From positions 496,001-560,000 of the forward strand of contig ML996702.1 in the NCBI GenBank assembly GCA_010356995.1: a stretch of 64,000 bases of DNA, in the 5' to 3' direction. Below are positions 58,101-64,000 of the stretch, in pieces. Source of the stretch: Trichodelitschia bisporula. Taxonomy: Eukaryota. The translations under genes and the position numbers were made by a program. The notes under the pieces were generated by a model. It made no database searches. It saw only the letters and a list, made by a program, of their open reading frames with translations, and was not told the origin of the DNA. How positions within the stretch are numbered: position 1 is the first letter of the stretch; every line of letters starts with the position of its first letter.

Positions 58101-61100
58101 TTGAGCATGCGTTCCGAGGATGCGGCCCCTTACCCAATCGGGAAACATTTGGGGTTTTGCGTATCGCTGCCTTTTTTGCGATGCGGCCGGGGAGAGGACG
58201 TACCTATCCGCGTGGCCCTCGCTCGGCACGCCTGATGTCTGCACTGCTGCAACTCGTATCCTGCGTATGGAACGTCAATTTCCGCTGTACCCACGGCACT
58301 TTGTGCCTCTGTAGCCGGAGATCGTTTCCGCAGCTCGGTCTCGCTGAATCTTGCCTGCTGCTGGGGGGCGGGTATGGTGCGATCACGATACACACGCCCC
58401 GCCTCCATCTGGGATCTGAATACCTCACGGCTAAGTCATGCCCTTGCGTATGGGCGACCCTCACTCCGTCCCCAGCTTCGCATATGACAGCGAGACGAGT
58501 GGATGTTGACGCCGTTAATGCGCTGCCGCCAGCGTCGAGCAATTTGCTAACTAGGCTGCTTCGGCATAATGATCCTGTACTGGAACTCATGTAAACTGGT
58601 ACCGTACGCTCGACGTAACCCGCTCTAGCACGGCCAGTCTTCCGTGGCTTTCAATCTGCAATTGTCGCATCGCCGGCGATCGTCACCGCTCATCTGCGAC
58701 CGTGACGTGGGCCTCGAGTTGCCCTGCACTCCCACGAGGTTGGCTGTGAGAGGTAAGACACGGGACACGGGATGCGGCCGAGTGCAGGTCGCTATCAGTG
58801 AGCACCGCGAAACCGCCGCATCGGATCTGCCACGGGACTTGGCAGCTAGGTCCCAAGCCATAAGGCCACCAGGCCGGTGTTTCGTGCTCGAGGCTGCTGA
58901 ATGGCCAAGGGGGCCCTCGTTGCGGCGAGGTTGGGCAACGCGGGCACCTTAGCGGAGTGGCAGCCGTTCAGAGCGCGCATAACGTCGCACACGCTCTGCG
59001 CCGTTACGTAGGTGCGCATTGTGCATTATTGAGAGGCTGGGAACCTCGTCGGCGATTCCTGGTTTGCAGGAAAACGGGAGGGGTGGGGCAGGGGGCAATC
59101 TGCCGATCGCTTTCATCTCGTTTGCGATGCGATCGCGATTTTTGGCAACGTGATGGGGAGATAAGAGCTAACGCTCGCAAGATGCGGCGGGGAACGAATC
59201 TCGTTACCCTACCGTACGGCCGCTGGCGGGGTTGGTACGGCACTACCGTTGCGACTACGCTGCCTATTCGTACGTATGCCAGCGGTCCGGTAGGGCCTAC
59301 TCGGAAGATCCGTCCGTAAGAGCAGATCGTCCACCCTTCACTCTCATCCGCCGGAAGATCCGACGTCACGCCAGCATTCGTACGGGACAACACCACCCCC
59401 AGTGAGCGAACCTACCTCTAACCGACGCTGCCCACGCAGCCCCCCCTCCTAGCCTTACTCCGACTCGCCCGCTCATCTGCACCTCCCCCCCCGCCGATCC
59501 AGCCGCAATGCAGCAGCGCGCAGCAGCGACATCGGTCTCGCTCCCAGATACTGCAATTCTCCCGCCTATCTGATCGACAGCGCAGTGCAGTATCCACTGC
59601 CTTTCGCTTCGCACACCAATACAGAGCATGGCCGCAATGGAAGCATAGTCAGCGCCGATCGCGGCTAGCCGCACCGCTAAGCGCGCCCTACGCGGCCCAG
59701 CCTTGCGCTGCTAGCGGTGCGCGCGCGCGGCTGCCGCGGCGTAGGCCACGCGGGGGGTGCGATGGTGCGGCGCGGGACACGGGATGGCGGCAGCGCCAGT
59801 GTGGGTATTTCTTTTTGCGGCGTTCGCGGGCGGCGGGCGTGTCAGTCTCGTGGGTCGGGTCGGCGGGGCTGGTGGCCGGGGGCCTTGGGGGCAAAGGCTA
59901 AAGGGGGGGAAGGAGGGGGTTTTTCGAGTCGCTTTCGAATTCGCGTAAGGAACGGGAGATCGGGGGAATAAATTGGAGGTTGGACGGGAGGGTTTATGGG
60001 CGCGATTTGAGTGTGGATCGGCCGTGGGTGAAGAGAGGGTGAGTGGATTCATCGCTCGCCGGGCGCAGGGCTGGGGAATGGGCTGCAGATGGCGGCCGGC
60101 TCTTGATACGATCCCCGCGCCGCGCCGTGCGCCTCATGCAGCCACCGCGGGGCGCCGAACAAAGCTTCTCCGCACACAGGGAGGGGAAGGGCCCGACACG
60201 GTCTATCGACGGGATTCCTGGGACTTGACGACGGGAGTCAATCGCGGGAGTGGAGTGCGGGAACGGTGAGGGGAGATGGGGGGGTAAAGTACCGAGGAAA
60301 AGCGGAGAGGGCTCAGCGTCTCATACTTCGTATTCGCTGGGCAATCTATCTCTCATCGTGCGAACGATGGGGCAAGATCTCGTTCCTGCGGCTCCGGGCC
60401 TGGGAGTGGTTCCGGGGAGGAGACGTGAGCGATATTGCAGATTGAGTGCGCTGCGTGGCCGGTGATATTGTGCGCTGCTTCTCGTTCCTAGGTTTTTTGC
60501 GAGTGTGGTGCGGGGGAGCCTGGCCTGGGGTGAGGGGGTCGTGTGGATCGAGGGAAGGTGGGAAGATGGGCCGTTCGAGGCTGGGGTTCCGGGGAAGATG
60601 GATGAGGCCGAAGGCGATGGGGTGGGTTTTCTGTGTGCTTCCCCGGGCTGATGTGCAAGTGGATGGGGATGGTGAGTACCGTGTTGATGCTAGGAGAGCG
60701 TATCCTGCCTGATGTTGAGGGACTGAGCAGCTAATAGGCATTACTTCCCGCCTCCGTGGATGGTGGAAGAAAGCGACGATGCGGTTTTGGGATACATTGG
60801 ATGGCGTACTGCAGGCTGGGGCTGCTCTTGGTCAGTAACTTCGAAGCTAATTGTGAGTACAGTAGTGGCCGCATTACCACGGAGACCATATCGATGGCCT
60901 GAACTGGTAGCGTGAAGGGCACGACTACATCAATGGAAGAACTGGAACTTCCACATCGCGGCACGGAGGTATACAGAGTGGAAAGTGGAGACTGGATATA
61001 TGAAAGGTCGGTATCTTCTCATCCCTATCACTACTTTACCTGACTGGCCCCACATCCTCCTATTTTGGGTAAGTTTGTCAATTTGCCTTCCAGAAGGCTA

Positions 61101-64000
61101 CCATAGCTCCTGAGATTCCCATGCAAAAACTGAACCACCGAACTTCATATTTTTCCGGAAGTTCAGGCCAGCCTTCCTCAGAACACAGCTCCTCGAGCTC
61201 TCGATATAGGGGTTTATTTTCGGTCCAGGATGTACAGGACTCGTACCAGTTTACGAGACTATCGTTGACTACGGAAGAGAGCTCGCTCCGCTCCTGGCTG
61301 CAATGCGAGCCATCGTACCGGCGGATCAAGTTCCCAATCCCCTCTCCCCCATCGCAGAACACCCGTTCCCATCCCCATTCCTGCCATCCCCACAGCCCCA
61401 TCCGTATCAACACCCTCCCGCCGGGAAGGAATATGCGAGATAGCGTCTCGCGGGTGGAATATGAACAGTGCTGGCATCCAATACTCCGTCACCGGGTCGC
61501 CATTCGAAATTGACAGCCCACCCCACCGGCTGAGAGCCGTTTATCACCACACCGTACCCTCTTCGTACGGTACCCGATATCTCATTCTGATCACCGTGCA
61601 ACGTCCCGCCCTATCCGCGCGCCAAACCATTACCGCGCGCGGGCGCCACGGCGCCACTTCTGGCGGGGTTGGATTGATCGCTGCGATAACGGCGTTGTAA
61701 GGGCTGACTAGCGGTGCCGCGAGATGCCGCAGCGGGGAGTGCTTCGATACCAACTTCGTCGGTTTCCTTTTTTCGTACTCGGTTTCTCGGGTCTGGGTTG
61801 ATGGGATCGTGCGAACGGATGGCACTGTTGCGTATGATCGCGCCACGGTCAGGAACAATGGGCTTTCGTGCGCGGCGGGTACTTCCACGGCCCAGCAGCA
61901 TCGTCTAGGGTCGTCCCATCCACGGATGGTCAGCGGTAGCTACAGTGCGACGCAGACTTGCCAGGCATCCGTACTCGGCACTCTATCGTGCGTATGTCTC
62001 ATCGATGCATCGTCGCACTCAATCTGATCGCATCGCGCTCGAGCCTTAATCCCGCCCCGCGGCAAACACCACCAATCAGGAAATCCAGCTGAGAAACGCA
62101 TCCCAACGTCCACCCGCCTCGCACCCGCCTCGGGTTACACCAGCGCCCCCGCCCACGCCCCCCCGGTGTCCCGCGCGAACGAAGCCAGAAGTCATATGCA
62201 AAAGTGGCCTGTTATTCGGAAGTGCACCCCTTCAGGAAGCGACAACACCCCCGCGTGCGCCGCCGAGATTATCCCGCGCCGAGCATCGGGACCGGGGGTA
62301 GACTGCTGACGGGGCAGCATTTGCCGAACGGTGTCGGAGGCGCGCGCTAGCCGCTAGTCTGCTTGTCTCCCTCGTGCGGGCGGCGCCACTACGATACGCT
62401 ACGTATGGAAGGAGGCGGGGGAGGCGGGGCTGGATCGGCTGGCGCGGGGGCCGGACACGAGGCCAGGCGAAGCGGCGGCGACAAGAACTGCGGGCGCGGT
62501 CTGGGCGGCTGCTTGTAGGACTTGGCGATATAGGCTGAGGGGTCTGATGGGGCAAATCTCCGAGGGATGTGAGATGGGCGATGCGAGGTGTATCGTAATT
62601 TTGATTTTTTGGGGTTTGAGGACGGGAGGTGCTGGGAACGGGATGCCGCAAAATGCCGCAACGGCCCCTTCGTGTTCCCACGCCCCGAATCGGGCCCGTG
62701 GCGTCGCGGTCCGCATGGCTAACTGCAGGATCCAATTCCCCTTCTCGGAGTTCTCGCGTGGGACAATGCACAATGCGTCGCCGCCGGCGCCAGGGAGAGG
62801 GAGAGGGAGTGCCGGCGGGGAGGGTGAATTGCGGATGGCGACTTCAGGCGTGCAATGGCATGTTCCTAATTCTAATTCTGGAGGCCCCGATGCTGTGGAG
62901 GAGTAATCCCCGAAAATCGCTCCGCTGTTCAGAGTATCCAGCGCCGTCTTGAGGATCCGGCTCCGCACCAGTGCTAGCCGGGGCAAGCGCTCACCTGGTG
63001 AGCGTTAACGACGAGTAGTTGCGCACCAACATCGGCGGCCGATTTCTAGGCCCGCGAACTGCGATCCGCGGGCCGCTAGTTATTACCGCGACTCCAGCTA
63101 TTCCGTTAGTTTTCTCATCCACCTTCGCTTTCTGTTGCTCAGTCCGCCGGCATCACGGTGGACGACCCCCAGGTCATCCGTCAAACCCGTCAAAGCTGTC
63201 AAATCACTTCCCGCAGCACACTGTACGCCGTGTTCGTTCCGCCAACGACGACCGCAATCTGCAACCTAGCGAGCGTTCAGCAGGTGTTACACGTTAGACG
63301 AGGAGGCTTTCGCGACCTCCTGCGCAAGTGCGCTTGGGTAAAGATTCACGTGGGGGGGAACGGACGGCGTTGCTGGGGTGGGGAAAATTGGGGAAGGAAG
63401 AACCGGGCTGTGGCGGAGATGGGATTGTATGTGAGGCGTTAGGATAGGGGAGAGGGGGCCGGGTATATCCATCCAGTAACGGGACTAGTTTCCGCTCGGT
63501 GCGGTTTTCGATTGCGGCCGGCGATGCGGCCGGTATTTGCTAGGGCCGCTTAAGGACCTTTGCTTTATGCTGCCGAATGGCTTTGGCTTCGCTGTTCGTG
63601 AAGAGATGACCCGAATAGGTACGGTACAGTACCTACCTCCTCCTTCGTCTCCTACTGCCACCGCCTCGCGACCTGCGGTAAACAGCAACTGCACATCGCG
63701 GCATCGCAGTCCCGTTGCCAGAGCGCAGGGTCACGATCTGCGGTACGTGCACGATTCGCTCGTGTCCCAAAATACCCAGGCAAGCCAAAAAAAATCTCCA
63801 GCTTCCTAATTACGTCTACGTCGTCGTTTCAAACCGCGCGCTCCCCATCCGTTTCCCCCAAAAGCCAACTGCCCAAAAGCTACCTATATCTCCGAGATGC
63901 TTAATGCAAGGTACGTATCGCAGGGCCCATCGCACGACTCAGTGAGATTTCATATCCGAACGAACAGTACGTAGCTCTGGTTTCTTCCCCCGGCATCTTC

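Noticed and set aside
1..64000. tRNA, rRNA or spliceosomal snRNA genes
   Set aside because: No convincing T-loop/cloverleaf or snRNA consensus seen by eye; tRNAscan-SE and Infernal would be needed to exclude them

Overview
Gene-rich, intron-containing DNA from a filamentous ascomycete (Pezizomycotina; the class cannot be fixed from sequence alone). In order: 3' part of a YML020W-like alpha/beta-hydrolase gene, a tail-anchored hypothetical protein, a secreted Cys-rich/GPI-type protein, a UBE2J1/Ubc6-type E2, DHHC palmitoyltransferase PFA3, a divergent glycerol kinase / aquaglyceroporin pair, a ~12 kb gene-poor island with LTR-retrotransposon debris, a fold-back hairpin, a (GAGGAAA)n array and an assembly gap, a 1260-aa protein with a HeLo-like N-terminus, a frameshifted EDC3-like pseudogene, phospholipase D, cyanate hydratase, a secreted FAD-linked oxidase, a Ybp1-family protein, an SREBP (SrbA/Sre1-type) factor and a ~12 kb gene desert. 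The best hidden element is a 36-codon, two-exon gene at 10376-10533 (-) that the ORF track does not show. It encodes a CaaX-terminated peptide (MSGFTTDIMPRTAKPTMEGGSSADWQTDNYGWCIVM) with a TATA box and clustered HMG-box sites, typical of an a-factor-type lipopeptide pheromone precursor. Other notable items: a 7-nt microexon next to a strongly structured intron in the aquaglyceroporin, a 162-nt in-frame protein-like intron in PLD, a copia-derived palindrome whose arms differ only at synonymous sites, and recurring C-rich-then-G-rich blocks. All gene models were spliced by hand and family calls rest on motif recognition; no database searches were run.
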